In this document: positions 27,384 to 37,528 of the stretch, piece after piece | Layout of the letters: every line of letters begins with the position of its first letter | Numbering within the stretch: position 1 is the stretch's first letter | DNA from: Acidimicrobiales bacterium | GTDB taxonomy: Bacteria > Actinomycetota > Acidimicrobiia > Acidimicrobiales > GCA-2861595 | DNA length: 64,000 bases | Assembly: GCA_036262515.1 (NCBI GenBank) | Contig: DATAIT010000086.1 | Span: 3,194-67,193, forward strand | Direction: 5' to 3' | The notes under the pieces: model-generated | Seen by the model: the letters and a program-made list of their open reading frames with translations, nothing else | Databases searched by the model: none | What the model was told of the DNA's origin: nothing | Made by a program: the position numbers and the translations under genes

Positions 27384-28931
27384 CTATTCCGACCGGGCGT
27401 ACCCGAGCAGCCGCTCGACGGCCTTTCCGTCGCACTTGGCGTCGTTGGAGACGAACTGGGCCTGGCCGTCCTTGCACGCGTAGAGCGGCTTGGTCTTCTC
27501 ACCGCTCGGCGCGGCAGAGAACAGGTACCCGTTCACGCCGAGGGGCTCCGCGCCGGTGCACGGATCCAGCGACACGAACCGGTCGGCGCCCTCACCGGTG
27601 AGCTCGCCCGACGCCGTGGTGGTGAGCGGCCCCCGCTGGCAGGCGTAGAGGGGCACGAGGCCCGTGCCGGCCTTGATGTCGAGCGAGCCGAGGACGTCGG
27701 GGTCGGGGTCGGCGGTCCGGAAGGCGGCCGGGACGAACCCGGTCGTCACCCAGTACGACGTGGCGCCGCCCGCCTTGCGGCTGTACCGCCGAAGGGGCAT
27801 GCGGCCGCCGTCGACGTCGACGCTGACGGCATGGAGGGCCCAGCTGGACGGCGTCTGGCCGCCCCCGCCGAACCACACGCCGAGGCCGTCCTTCTTCACG
27901 TCCCCGGCGATCTTCCCTTCGCCCGTGCGGACGAGGCCGGGCTCGAAGTTGAGCGGGAGTCCGGTGAGGTTGGTGTCGACCACGGCCAGCTGCTCCCAGG
28001 TGCCGCCACCGGACAGGAGATCCTGCATCGGGATGCGGAACAGGCCGAAGTTGTAGGTCTCGTTCTTGTCGTCCTTGCCCTTGCCGGCGCGGAAGGTGGC
28101 CGCCTGGGCCGAGTACACCATGGCCGGCTGCGTGGAGTCGTCGAACGCGAAGTCGTTCTTCCAGTACGCCGGGGCGCCGTTCTGGCTGATCGTCCTCGGC
28201 GGGTCGAACTTCTTCCCGTCGGCCGAGTCGGCCACAACGGCCTGGGAGCGGTACCCGTCCGGGCTGGCCGGGTCATCGGTCTTGACGGCGGTGGTGTCGA
28301 TCCAGAACAGCGTGACCGCCGACCCGCCGCGGCTCCACGCCGAGGGGAGGCCGGCGCCGTAGGTGCCCGGGACGTTCTTCACCTTCTGCTTGATCATCGG
28401 GTTGTAGCGGTCGTGCTGGCCCGACCAGGTGATGCCGTCGGTGGAGAACACGACCCCCGTGCTGTTGTTGGAGCCGCCACCCTGGGCCACGTTGGTGGAG
28501 GTGTAGTAGAGGGCGTAGGTGAACTCGCCGCCGCCGGGGGCGCCGGGCCACGACCCCCGGATGACGCTCGGGTGGCACACGCCGAACGTGTCCCAGTCGC
28601 CGGTGCGCCCGACCTGGAGCACGGAGCGGCGGTTCGACGCCTTCTTCGTCGCCTTGTCGTACTCCTGGTACCAGATGTTGTCGGTGGCGGCGTCGGGGAC
28701 GGCGCTGCACCACCAGGCCTTGATGACCTTGCCCTCGTCGATGACGGCCGGGCTGTAGTTGTACGAGCCGGGCTCGACCGGAATGGTCTCCGAGCCGGCT
28801 GGCGGCGCCGGCGCGAACGGCGAGGCGGCCGCCCCGCCCCCGCCGCCGGACGACCCCTTGTCGGAGTCTCCGCTCGAGCACGCGCCGGCGACGAGGGTCG
28901 CGAGGACGAGGCAGATGAACGGACGCTTCAC
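27384..28931 (-). CDS. Secreted lipoprotein, beta-propeller/glycoside-hydrolase-like with C-terminal Cys-containing repeats
   Basis: Lipobox VLATLVAGACSSG with GAGAGGA 9 nt upstream of GTG 28931. Trp/Tyr/Gly-rich beta-strand pattern (YALYYTSTN, GVVFSTDGITW). C-terminal repeats PLYAC...FVS.D..C. Confidence 0.8.
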   Translation of the reverse strand: MKRPFICLVLATLVAGACSSGDSDKGSSGGGGGAAASPFAPAPPAGSETIPVEPGSYNYSPAVIDEGKVIKAWWCSAVPDAATDNIWYQEYDKATKKASNRRSVLQVGRTGDWDTFGVCHPSVIRGSWPGAPGGGEFTYALYYTSTNVAQGGGSNNSTGVVFSTDGITWSGQHDRYNPMIKQKVKNVPGTYGAGLPSAWSRGGSAVTLFWIDTTAVKTDDPASPDGYRSQAVVADSADGKKFDPPRTISQNGAPAYWKNDFAFDDSTQPAMVYSAQAATFRAGKGKDDKNETYNFGLFRIPMQDLLSGGGTWEQLAVVDTNLTGLPLNFEPGLVRTGEGKIAGDVKKDGLGVWFGGGGQTPSSWALHAVSVDVDGGRMPLRRYSRKAGGATSYWVTTGFVPAAFRTADPDPDVLGSLDIKAGTGLVPLYACQRGPLTTTASGELTGEGADRFVSLDPCTGAEPLGVNGYLFSAAPSGEKTKPLYACKDGQAQFVSNDAKCDGKAVERLLGYARSE

Positions 28932-29009
28932 GTTGGGGGATCCTCTCGCCGGGGAGCGGTCGATCGGGGGCAACGCTAGTACGGGCATTCCCGCCTTTCG
29001 CTCACGTCC

Positions 29010-30362
29010 TCAGGTGGTCCGGTTGCGGTCCCGAACCATGCCGGCGGCCCGCCGCAGGACGCTCGTGGCACCTTCCCGGCGGGCGTCGGTGACGATCCGC
29101 CACACGCCGTCGGCCATCGGCGAGAACGGGGAGTTGGGGCGGTCGTCGACCACCAGATCGGGGGCTCGGCGGGGGTCGCGGCAGAACGCGAGCAGGGGAG
29201 CCAACGCCTGCTCCCACACGAAGTTCGGCGCCACGCGGGCCACGTTGAGGCGGCAGGACCGGGCCGCGTCGTCGTCGCCGAGCACCTGCCACAGCGCCGC
29301 TTCGAGCGCGGTGTCGTCGCCCGGCGGGACGGCGGCCCCGAGCCGCTCGGCGGCGATGAGGTCGGCGAAGGCGTCGCCGGCGGTGGCCACGATGGGCAGG
29401 CCCGCCCACAGGTAGTCGAGGATCCGGCTGCGGAACGAGTACGCCGTCTCCACGTGGTCGAGGTGGGTGCTCACGCCGACGTCGGCCTCGAGCAGGAAGT
29501 CGGCGCGCGTCTCGTACGCGACCCATCCCTCGTTGAAGAAGACGTGCGTCCCCACGAGGCCCAGCTCCTCGGCCAGCCGGCGCAGCTCGGTGGCCATCCG
29601 CATGGGGGGCACGTTGGGGTTCGGGTGCTGGAGCCCCAGGAAGAAGAGGCGGACCTCGGGCAGGCGATGGCGGAGGCGGTCGACGGCGCGCACGAGGGTC
29701 AGCGGGTCGAACCAGTTGTAGACCCCACCCGCCCACAGGATCACCTTGTCCTCCGGCCCGATGCCGGGGACGACGCCGCGCATGGCCGGCCCCGTGCGCC
29801 GCGGAGGCGTGGACGGCAGCCCGAACGGGCTCACGGCGAGCAGCGAGCGCAGGGTCTCGTCGTCGTCGTACGTGGTGGCGTTGACGCGGCCCAAGGCGGC
29901 GAGGCTCCCGAGCCAGAAATCGCGCTGCCGCTCGCTGGCGCACAGGAAGAAGTCGCCCCGCTGGAGCTGCTCGTTCAGGACGTCGGTGAGATGCCGGATG
30001 GTCGCATCCCGTTCGGACGACGGCCAGCCCTTGGTCTGCTCCAGGTTCTCCAGGTGGAACGGGTCGTACACGTCGGCCACCAGGGTGGTCTCCGACTGGA
30101 GCAGGAACGGGTGGTCGTGCAGCAGGCCGCCCTGGAAGACCAGGACGTCGCACCACCGGTCGAGGTCGCGCAGCTCGCCCGCCGACACCCGGCGCACGGG
30201 GAAGCGGGGATGGTGGCGGTCGCACGCCTCGGTGGTGACCAGCTCCACGTCGTGCTCGCCCTCCAGCACCTCCGCCATGTGCCAGGCCCGGATGGCCGGG
30301 CCGGCCATGCGGGCGGTGAGCGGCTCGCTGGTGGCCACCACGATGCGGCGGCGCTTGGCCAT
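29010..30362 (-). CDS. GT-B fold glycosyltransferase (GT4/GT1-like)
   Basis: MAKRRRIVVATSEPL..., and C-terminal EAYSFRSRILDYLWAGLPIVATAGD (EX7E-like region). The 93-codon track extension was rejected. Confidence 0.85.
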   Translation of the reverse strand: MAKRRRIVVATSEPLTARMAGPAIRAWHMAEVLEGEHDVELVTTEACDRHHPRFPVRRVSAGELRDLDRWCDVLVFQGGLLHDHPFLLQSETTLVADVYDPFHLENLEQTKGWPSSERDATIRHLTDVLNEQLQRGDFFLCASERQRDFWLGSLAALGRVNATTYDDDETLRSLLAVSPFGLPSTPPRRTGPAMRGVVPGIGPEDKVILWAGGVYNWFDPLTLVRAVDRLRHRLPEVRLFFLGLQHPNPNVPPMRMATELRRLAEELGLVGTHVFFNEGWVAYETRADFLLEADVGVSTHLDHVETAYSFRSRILDYLWAGLPIVATAGDAFADLIAAERLGAAVPPGDDTALEAALWQVLGDDDAARSCRLNVARVAPNFVWEQALAPLLAFCRDPRRAPDLVVDDRPNSPFSPMADGVWRIVTDARREGATSVLRRAAGMVRDRNRTT

Positions 30363-30462
30363 CAGGCCGGACGCGCCTGGTCGAGGATCGCCGACTCGTC
30401 GACGCTCCACGCTCCGGTCACGGGGGCAGCGTAGGGCCTGGCCGTCGGCGCACGGCGGGCCG

Positions 30463-33400
30463 TCAGCTCCGAATGCGGAAGGGGTGGAGCCGTTCGAGGT
30501 TGGCGTTGTAGTAGGGGTCGAGGCACTTGTGGGTGACCCACCGGGCCTCGAAGAAGTCGTCGTCGACGACGTGGGCGTGGTACCCACGGGTACCCCCCTC
30601 GACGTGGAACAGCTGGGCGAACGGCGTGTACACCACCTCATGGCCGGCCTGGCGCACGCGCAGGCACAGGTCGACGTCGTTCCATGCGATGCGCAGTCGC
30701 TCCTCGTGGCCGCCGAGGCGCCAGTACAGGGACGGCCGGATCATCATGCACGCGCCGGTGACGGCCGAGCAGTTGCGCACCATCTCGCCGAGCCCGTGGT
30801 ACCCACCGTGGTCGACGTTGCCGGCGTGCCCGCCCTTGTGGCCGACGATCGTGCCTTCGTGCTGCGGGTTGCCGTCGGGGTAGAGCAGCCGGGGGCCGAC
30901 GATGCCCACCTCGGGCCGCTGCGCGTGCTCGATCATCGCCTCCAGCCAGTCCGGTGTGATGACCTGGGTGTCGTTGTTGAGGAACAGGAGGAGGTCGCCG
31001 CGCGCCTCGGACGCCGCCAGGTTCATCATCCGGGCGTAGTTGAAGGGGAACGGATACGGGACGACGCGGCCGGCGAATCCGCGCAGGTAGGCGAGCGTGT
31101 CGGGCTCGGCGCTCTGGTTGTCGACCACCACGAACTCGTAGTTCGTGTACGTCGAACGCTCGACGACGCTGTCGATGCAGCCGCGCAGCATGTCGACCTT
31201 GTCACGGGTGGGGACGAGGATCGAGACCCTGGGTTGGCCGACCACGGCGTAGCGGACGCGGTACGTCGTCGGGTGCAGACCGGGCTCGACCTGCCCGGGC
31301 CTGCGCCGGCGTGCGAGGGCGTCGAGGAGGGCGCGCCGCCCCGCATCGAGGGCCCATGGTTTGGCGTCGGCGGCACCGGCGGTGGACCCGGGCACCTTGC
31401 GCCACGTGTAGAGCGGTTCGGGGACGTGGCCGATCCGGGACGTGAGCTCGGCGACGCGCAGCACGAGGTCGTAGTCCTGGCTGCCGTCGTACTCGGAGCG
31501 CAGCCCTCCCAGCTTCTGGAGCACGCTGCGCCGCACGGCGAGGAGATGGCAGACGTAGTTCTGCGACATGAGCTGGTCGGGCGACCAGTCCGGCTTGAAG
31601 AACGGGTCGACCAGGCGGCCGTCGGGCTCGCGCTTGTCCTCGTCCGTGTACACCATGTCGAGGTCCGGCTGGTCGTCGAGGGCGAGCGCGATCTCGCCGA
31701 GGGCGTGCGGCTTCAGCTCGTCGTCGTGGTCGAGGAATCCCACCAGATCGCCGGTGGCCAGCGAGAGGGCGGCGTTGGAGGCGGCGCTGATGCCCTGGCG
31801 CACCGGGAGGTGGATGGTGCGGATGCGGGCGTCCTCCCCGGCGTGGCGGTCGAGCACGTCGAGCGTCGCCTGCTTCGTCGACCCGTCGTCGCCGATGCAC
31901 AGCTCCCAGTTCCCGTAGACCTGGTCGCGCACTGAGCGAATGGCGTCGTCGAGCCACGCCGGCTCGGTGTCGAACACCGGCATCACGATGCTCAGCGTCG
32001 GGCGCCGGTCCAGCCGTTCCAGTCGCCGTGCGAGGCGGGCCAGGCGGGTGGGCGTGGGGCCGTAGACGGCGCACCACCGGCGGTACTGCTCGTTCTCGTC
32101 CGGCCCGGCACCGGTCGGCACCCGGGCGAGATCGGGTGCGGGGCCGTCGGGCGCAGGGGGCGCCGCCTTCCACGCCGACCCCGGCCGGGCCACCCGCCGG
32201 GGCCGCACCGGTGCCTGGTCGCCGTCGCCCCGGTCCAGCCGTGCGGGCTCCTCCAGCGCCATGCCGGCCGGCGGCCGGATCCCGACGTCCGCGCAGGCGC
32301 GGACGAGCTTCAGGCGGGCCGTCGCCCGGGAGCGCAGGCCCTGCGAGAGCTCGGCCATCGCCGCGTGCAGCTCGGCCCACGCGCCGGGGCGGGCGTGCAG
32401 CTCCCCTGCTCGCAGGACGGCGGACGTGGTGCCGCCGACGCCGGCCAGGCCCCGCAGGCGGCCGAGGTCGTGATCGACCAGGGCGTCGTGAAAGCCGACG
32501 AAGGGGGTGCCCGCGTCGAGGGCCAGGGCGATGGCATCGGCGGCCCCACTGCCTTCCGGGTACAGGGCCAGACCCACCCTGGACCGCCGGAACCAGCGGG
32601 CCGGGTCGTCGCCGGCGTCGACCAGCTCCAGGTGCGGCCCGACCACCAGCTGCAGGGCCGGCGACGGATCGTCCACGACCACGCGTAGGAAGGTGGTCGG
32701 GTCGCGCGCGACCAGGGCAGGGAGGACGTGCCTCGCCGCGTGCAGGGCGGCACCCTCGTGACCGGCGACCACGTCGGCTCCCGGCGTGGCCAGCACGACG
32801 TATCCGGCCCGCTCGTCGAACGAATGGGTCCCCCCCGGCTCGGCCGCCGTGGGGATGACGGCACCGGTGAGGCCCGGGGCGATGCCCCGCACCCACGCCC
32901 GCTCCCGCGCCGTGGCCCACCATGCGGCGTGCACCGACGCGGCGGCCGTGACCACCTGGTCGTGGAGCCGTTGGTCCACGTAGGCGCGACCGGGCGCGTC
33001 CCCGGAGGCGTCGTCGTCGGGCCGTCCCGCCGCGTGGCCGAACGGCAGCGACGGAAGCGACAGGATCCGCATGGCCTGGGGCTGGGTCTCCCGCAACAGC
33101 GGGTCGAAGCGGGCCACGCTCCGGAGATCGGTGAGCAGGACATGGGTGTACAGGAAGGACCGGCGCCCGAACCACGAGGGCCAGTCCTGAGCGCCGGTGA
33201 CGACCTCGATCCCGTCGCGCAGCAGGCGACGGACCGAGGGCGACGACGGGTCCCCCTCGAGGGCCAGCACCGTCACCCGACCGTCCGGGACGATGGCGGC
33301 CAGGTCACCGACCAACTGGGCCGCCCGCCGGTCGGCGCCGGCCACGGCCGGCGAGGGGACGCCCGCCGCCAGCACGAGGATCCTGTCGGGGCAGCGGGCG

Positions 33401-34116
33401 TCGCGCGCCGCCGGGCTCCGGCGGGGCTGCCGGGCGCCGGCGACGTGGGGCCCATCGACGACCACCCGGGACGCGGGCTCGTAGACCGTCTCCAGGTCGG
33501 CCGTGCGGAGGCGGTCGGCCAGGTCGACGCCCGCCGCGACGGCGTCGTCGACGACCGGGTCGAACCCGCCGGTCGCGGCGAAGTCGGCCCTGTCCACGCA
33601 GATGCAACCGCGCGACCCTCCGCCGGTGCTGCGGGGGAAGAGGTGCCCGGTCGCGTCGCCGTCGGCCTCGTCCGCGCCCCAGGGGACGAGGCCGTCGTCG
33701 TGATCGACGACCCAGCCCGCCTCGACGACTCGACCCTCCCGGTCCACCACCATCGGGACGGCGCATCCCACCGACGGCGCCTCCAGGGCGCTCAGCAGCG
33801 GCGGAAGCCATCCCGGGGTCACGGAGGCGCCGGGTGCGACGAAGCACAGCGCCCGACCGGCGGCGGCGGCGGCGCCTCGGCCGGCGGCGGCGGCGAACGG
33901 GAGGGCGGTGACCAGGCGGACGATCCGCACACCGGGGCGGCCGATCGGCTCCAGGAGGCCGGGCGGCCCCGCGCCGTTGGCGACGACGACGACCTCGGCC
34001 CACTCCGGTACCGCGGCGAGCACGGCGTCGAGCGAGGCCTGCGGTGACGGGTCCGAGGGTCGGACGACCACGACGACCGTGGCGGCCGGCACGTGACCGG
34101 TCGCCGGAGCGCTCAC
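30463..34116 (-). CDS. 1217-aa multi-domain glycosyltransferase: degenerate GT2-like, GT-B-like, GT2 and GT2 domains (putative polymerase, arm A)
   Basis: GT2-A: SIVMPVFDTE, IGDDGS, FLDHDDEL. GT2-B: SILVPTRDK, VVVDNQS, LFLNNDTQV. Middle GT-B-like region begins RILVLAAGV. GTG start forms a GTGA overlap with the upstream stop. Confidence 0.88.
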   Translation of the reverse strand: MSAPATGHVPAATVVVVVRPSDPSPQASLDAVLAAVPEWAEVVVVANGAGPPGLLEPIGRPGVRIVRLVTALPFAAAAGRGAAAAAGRALCFVAPGASVTPGWLPPLLSALEAPSVGCAVPMVVDREGRVVEAGWVVDHDDGLVPWGADEADGDATGHLFPRSTGGGSRGCICVDRADFAATGGFDPVVDDAVAAGVDLADRLRTADLETVYEPASRVVVDGPHVAGARQPRRSPAARDARCPDRILVLAAGVPSPAVAGADRRAAQLVGDLAAIVPDGRVTVLALEGDPSSPSVRRLLRDGIEVVTGAQDWPSWFGRRSFLYTHVLLTDLRSVARFDPLLRETQPQAMRILSLPSLPFGHAAGRPDDDASGDAPGRAYVDQRLHDQVVTAAASVHAAWWATARERAWVRGIAPGLTGAVIPTAAEPGGTHSFDERAGYVVLATPGADVVAGHEGAALHAARHVLPALVARDPTTFLRVVVDDPSPALQLVVGPHLELVDAGDDPARWFRRSRVGLALYPEGSGAADAIALALDAGTPFVGFHDALVDHDLGRLRGLAGVGGTTSAVLRAGELHARPGAWAELHAAMAELSQGLRSRATARLKLVRACADVGIRPPAGMALEEPARLDRGDGDQAPVRPRRVARPGSAWKAAPPAPDGPAPDLARVPTGAGPDENEQYRRWCAVYGPTPTRLARLARRLERLDRRPTLSIVMPVFDTEPAWLDDAIRSVRDQVYGNWELCIGDDGSTKQATLDVLDRHAGEDARIRTIHLPVRQGISAASNAALSLATGDLVGFLDHDDELKPHALGEIALALDDQPDLDMVYTDEDKREPDGRLVDPFFKPDWSPDQLMSQNYVCHLLAVRRSVLQKLGGLRSEYDGSQDYDLVLRVAELTSRIGHVPEPLYTWRKVPGSTAGAADAKPWALDAGRRALLDALARRRRPGQVEPGLHPTTYRVRYAVVGQPRVSILVPTRDKVDMLRGCIDSVVERSTYTNYEFVVVDNQSAEPDTLAYLRGFAGRVVPYPFPFNYARMMNLAASEARGDLLLFLNNDTQVITPDWLEAMIEHAQRPEVGIVGPRLLYPDGNPQHEGTIVGHKGGHAGNVDHGGYHGLGEMVRNCSAVTGACMMIRPSLYWRLGGHEERLRIAWNDVDLCLRVRQAGHEVVYTPFAQLFHVEGGTRGYHAHVVDDDFFEARWVTHKCLDPYYNANLERLHPFRIRS

Positions 34117-36311
34117 AGGCGCCCGCCACGCAGCCGTGCGTAGACGGCCCGTGCGGGTCGGAGGACGCGGAGCACGAGGATGCCCTGCAACGCGTCGAGC
34201 TGCGCCACGGCGTCGTCACGCTGGCGCCGCAGGTCGGCTTCGCGCTCGTCGCGGGCGGCCGTGTCGTCGGCCACGGCGGCCAGGCGGGCGGCGAGGGCGT
34301 CGCGCTCGGCGGCCAGGGCTCCATGGCGCCGGCGGAGCTCGGACAGGCGTTTTGCCACTGCACGCCGCTCGGTGTCGAGTCGCGCTTGCATGCGCCGGTG
34401 GGCCGTCTCCACGGCGGCGATGTACTCCGACGGGGCCAGGACCGGCGTCGTGCTCACGGCGCGCGGGCGGGCGGCGGCAGCGGCGTCGGCGACGGCGGCG
34501 ATGCGATCGAAGTGGGTGTCGAGGCGGGTCTGGAGCTTGGCGGCCACACCGACCGTCGGCCGGAACCGTTCGCTGTCGAGCAGCCCGTGCAGCTCACGGG
34601 GATGGCCGAGGAGGCCGTCGATGGCTCCGTTCACCTCCGCCAGGTGGCCGAGGCTCGCATCGTTCCCGATGCTCACGTAGGCCATGGGGCGCTCGTAGGC
34701 GAGCCCGAGCGCGGCGCCCGTCGCCGAGCGCACGGCCACGGCGGCGGCGCCGGCGAAGACGGCCACCAGGTCGTCGGCGACGGCGTCGGCCGGGACCACG
34801 TGGACGCGGGCACCCATGGCGGCGGCGACGGCGGCGGCGGCAGCCGGGCCGTCGTAGTCACGGCCGGCGTCGACGAGCACGACGCCGGCGTCGGACGCGG
34901 CGACGGCGGCGTCGAGCGCCTCGGCGACCGCACCGGCCCACGGCAGGAGACCGCCGTCGACCTCCACGACGACCGTCGGCCCGTGCTCGGGGTACCACCC
35001 CATGAGCCGCACGAGCTCAAGCCGCCTGGCCACAGCCTCGGGGTTCAGGAGCCGGGGGACGAGGAGCAGCGGGTCGGGGACGGGGACGGCGCCGCCGTCG
35101 GCGGCAGCGGCCACCGCGTCGGGGGAGCCGGCCTCGAGGACCGCCCGGTACGCCGGCTCGGCGTCGCCCCGTTCGATGGCGCCCGCCCCACGGGCCCGCT
35201 GTGCCTGCGGCCCCCGTGGGAGGCCCACCGCGCTCCATACGTGCGGGCAGTCGTCGCCCGCCTCGTGCGCCACGCCCTCGTAGAGGAAGCGGGTCGGGTG
35301 CCGGCCGTCGTCCAGCTCGGCCTGGAGCGGCTCCGGCAGGTCGCCCGCGATGACGACGCAGTCGAGCTCGGCCGCCAGCGCCGCCGCTCGTTCCGGCGAC
35401 CAGGGGCCCAGCGGCTCGACCGCCAGTCCGCCGTCGTGCGGGCCCGCCCGGTGGTCGCTGGACGAGAACGGCCGGACGGTCGCCCCGGCGATGCGGCGGG
35501 CGATCTCCGCGCACGTCACCCGCAGGATCAGCGCGCTGCGCACGTTGCCGACGTCGAAGTCGCCCCAGACACCGACCCGGCACCTCACCGAGGCCGGCGG
35601 GGGGGCGACCCCGGCGGCCTGCGGGCTGACCGCGCCGGAACCGTCCTCGGGCACGGCACGGAGGACGAACTGGTAGGTGAGCGACTCCGGGTCACCGACC
35701 ACGGCGTCGACCACGCCCTCGTCGAACTCCTCCCGGCGGAGGGGGACCTCGGTGTCGAAGACCCCGACGGTCGTGCGCCGCACGTCGACGGGCGACAGGC
35801 CGGCGTCACGGAACAGCTGGTGCACCGAACCGCGGGTGAAGAAGCGCAGGTGGGTGTCGTCGAGGAGGCCGAGTGACCGGTACTCGAACCTCCCCTGCAG
35901 CAGGGCAAGGCGCACGGATCCGTGGGCCACGTTGGGGACCGAGGCGACGACCGACCCCCCGGCGTCGAGTAGGGGACCAATCCGGCGCAGCACGGCGACC
36001 GGGTCCACCAGGTGCTCAAGGACGTCGCCGAAGACGACGACGTCGAAGCTCGCCCCCCCGAAGTGGCCCACCAGGTCGAGCTCGGCCGCGTCACCGACGA
36101 GGACCTCGTCGAGCGCGTGCCGGGCCGCTTCGGCGGCTGCCGGGTCGATCTCGACGCCCGACACGGTGCACCCGCGACGCTTGAGCATTCGGCCCAGGTC
36201 CCCGCCGGCGCAGCCGACGTCGAGGACCCGGCGCTCTCGGCCGACGAGCTCGACGAGCAGGGCGTGGCTGGTGTTGGCGTTGCGGAGATCGATCTCCGCC
36301 TCGTACTTCAT
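34113..36311 (-). CDS. SAM-methyltransferase, unknown ~400-aa domain and C-terminal coiled coil (WbdD-like chain terminator/ruler candidate, arm A)
   Basis: VLDVGCAGGDLG (motif I), FDVVVFGDVLEHLVDP, Ala/Arg/Asp/Leu-rich heptad-like C-terminal ~100 aa and tail LRVLRPARAVYARLRGGRL. Its ATG overlaps the wzt stop (ATGA). Confidence 0.85.
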   Translation of the reverse strand: MKYEAEIDLRNANTSHALLVELVGRERRVLDVGCAGGDLGRMLKRRGCTVSGVEIDPAAAEAARHALDEVLVGDAAELDLVGHFGGASFDVVVFGDVLEHLVDPVAVLRRIGPLLDAGGSVVASVPNVAHGSVRLALLQGRFEYRSLGLLDDTHLRFFTRGSVHQLFRDAGLSPVDVRRTTVGVFDTEVPLRREEFDEGVVDAVVGDPESLTYQFVLRAVPEDGSGAVSPQAAGVAPPPASVRCRVGVWGDFDVGNVRSALILRVTCAEIARRIAGATVRPFSSSDHRAGPHDGGLAVEPLGPWSPERAAALAAELDCVVIAGDLPEPLQAELDDGRHPTRFLYEGVAHEAGDDCPHVWSAVGLPRGPQAQRARGAGAIERGDAEPAYRAVLEAGSPDAVAAAADGGAVPVPDPLLLVPRLLNPEAVARRLELVRLMGWYPEHGPTVVVEVDGGLLPWAGAVAEALDAAVAASDAGVVLVDAGRDYDGPAAAAAVAAAMGARVHVVPADAVADDLVAVFAGAAAVAVRSATGAALGLAYERPMAYVSIGNDASLGHLAEVNGAIDGLLGHPRELHGLLDSERFRPTVGVAAKLQTRLDTHFDRIAAVADAAAAARPRAVSTTPVLAPSEYIAAVETAHRRMQARLDTERRAVAKRLSELRRRHGALAAERDALAARLAAVADDTAARDEREADLRRQRDDAVAQLDALQGILVLRVLRPARAVYARLRGGRL

Positions 36312-37528
36312 GCGCTCGGATTGGAGGAGTGGGCCTCCGTGCCGACCTTCCAGCGCCCCCCCAGGGACACCACGCCGAATGTCTCCCGCGGCTCTCCGGG
36401 CTCGACGTGGAACCGGACGATGTGCCGGCGCACGTCGTAGGGGTGGAGGCCCCCCCAGTCGTGGATCGATGCGGAGATGTCGTAGGTGTTGGGCACCAGG
36501 AGCAGGGGGTCGATGCTGAGGTCGATGTGACCGGCGCCCTCGAGGCGCTCGATCACCACGCCGCCGTCACGTGAGTTGGGCCCCGACACCTGGGTGCCGT
36601 CGACGGTCTGGAAGACGATGCCGAAGTTCGGCCGCTCGATCGGCTGCGACACCCGGTAGTGCAGGCGTACCGTCACGGCGTCGCCGGTGCGGATCTGGGT
36701 GGTGGGGGTGCCGGACCCGTTGAGCAGCTCCACGGATTCGAGGACGCCCTCACCCGAACCCCACCTGGTGCCGGTGTCGCCGTCGGCCTTGCTGTCGACC
36801 TGGACCGCGCCCGTGTACTCGTCGACCACGGCGCGGGCGGAGTCGAGCATCTTCACCCGCCCGTGGTCGAGCCACGCCACCTTGTCGCACAGGTTGTGCA
36901 CGGCGACCATGCTGTGCGACACGAGGACGATGGTCTTGCCCTGCGCACGGAGCTCGGCGAACTTCTCCCCGCACTTCCTCTGGAACGCCTCGTCGCCCAC
37001 GGCCAGGACCTCGTCGACGAGGAGGACGTCGGGGTCGACGTTGATGGCGACGGAGAACCCGAGGCGGACGTACATGCCCGACGAGTAGTTCTTCACCGGC
37101 TGGTCGATGAACTCACCGATGCCGGCGTAGTCCACGATCTCGTCGAACTTGCGGTTCAGGTCGCGCTGGCTGATGCCCAGGATGGACCCGTTCAGATAGA
37201 CGTTCTCCCGCCCGGACAGCTCGGGGTGGAAGCCGGCGCCCAGCTCGAGCAGGGCCGAAACCTTGCCCCGCACGGTGAGCTTTCCCGAGTCGGGCCGCAG
37301 GATCTTGGCCATGCACTTCATCAGCGTGCTCTTGCCCGAGCCGTTCTCGCCGATCAGCCCGAAGGTGCTCCCCTCGGGCACCTCGAACGACACGCCCTGG
37401 AGGGCCCAGAACTCCTCCACCACCGCCCGCCGCTTGCGCATGAGGGCGGCCTTCAGCGACTGGTTGCGCTCGTGGTAGAGCCGGAAGCGCTTCGAGACGT
37501 CCTCGACCGCGACGGCGGGATCGATCAC
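36308..37528 (-). CDS. wzt: Polysaccharide ABC exporter ATP-binding protein with a C-terminal carbohydrate-binding (Wzt_C-type) extension
   Basis: Walker A GENGSGKST, signature YSSGMYVRLGF, Walker B VLLVDE. About 150 aa follow the nucleotide-binding domain (RWGSGEGVLESVELLNG...VTVRLHY...). GTGA overlap with the wzm stop. Confidence 0.92.
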   Translation of the reverse strand: MIDPAVAVEDVSKRFRLYHERNQSLKAALMRKRRAVVEEFWALQGVSFEVPEGSTFGLIGENGSGKSTLMKCMAKILRPDSGKLTVRGKVSALLELGAGFHPELSGRENVYLNGSILGISQRDLNRKFDEIVDYAGIGEFIDQPVKNYSSGMYVRLGFSVAINVDPDVLLVDEVLAVGDEAFQRKCGEKFAELRAQGKTIVLVSHSMVAVHNLCDKVAWLDHGRVKMLDSARAVVDEYTGAVQVDSKADGDTGTRWGSGEGVLESVELLNGSGTPTTQIRTGDAVTVRLHYRVSQPIERPNFGIVFQTVDGTQVSGPNSRDGGVVIERLEGAGHIDLSIDPLLLVPNTYDISASIHDWGGLHPYDVRRHIVRFHVEPGEPRETFGVVSLGGRWKVGTEAHSSNPSA

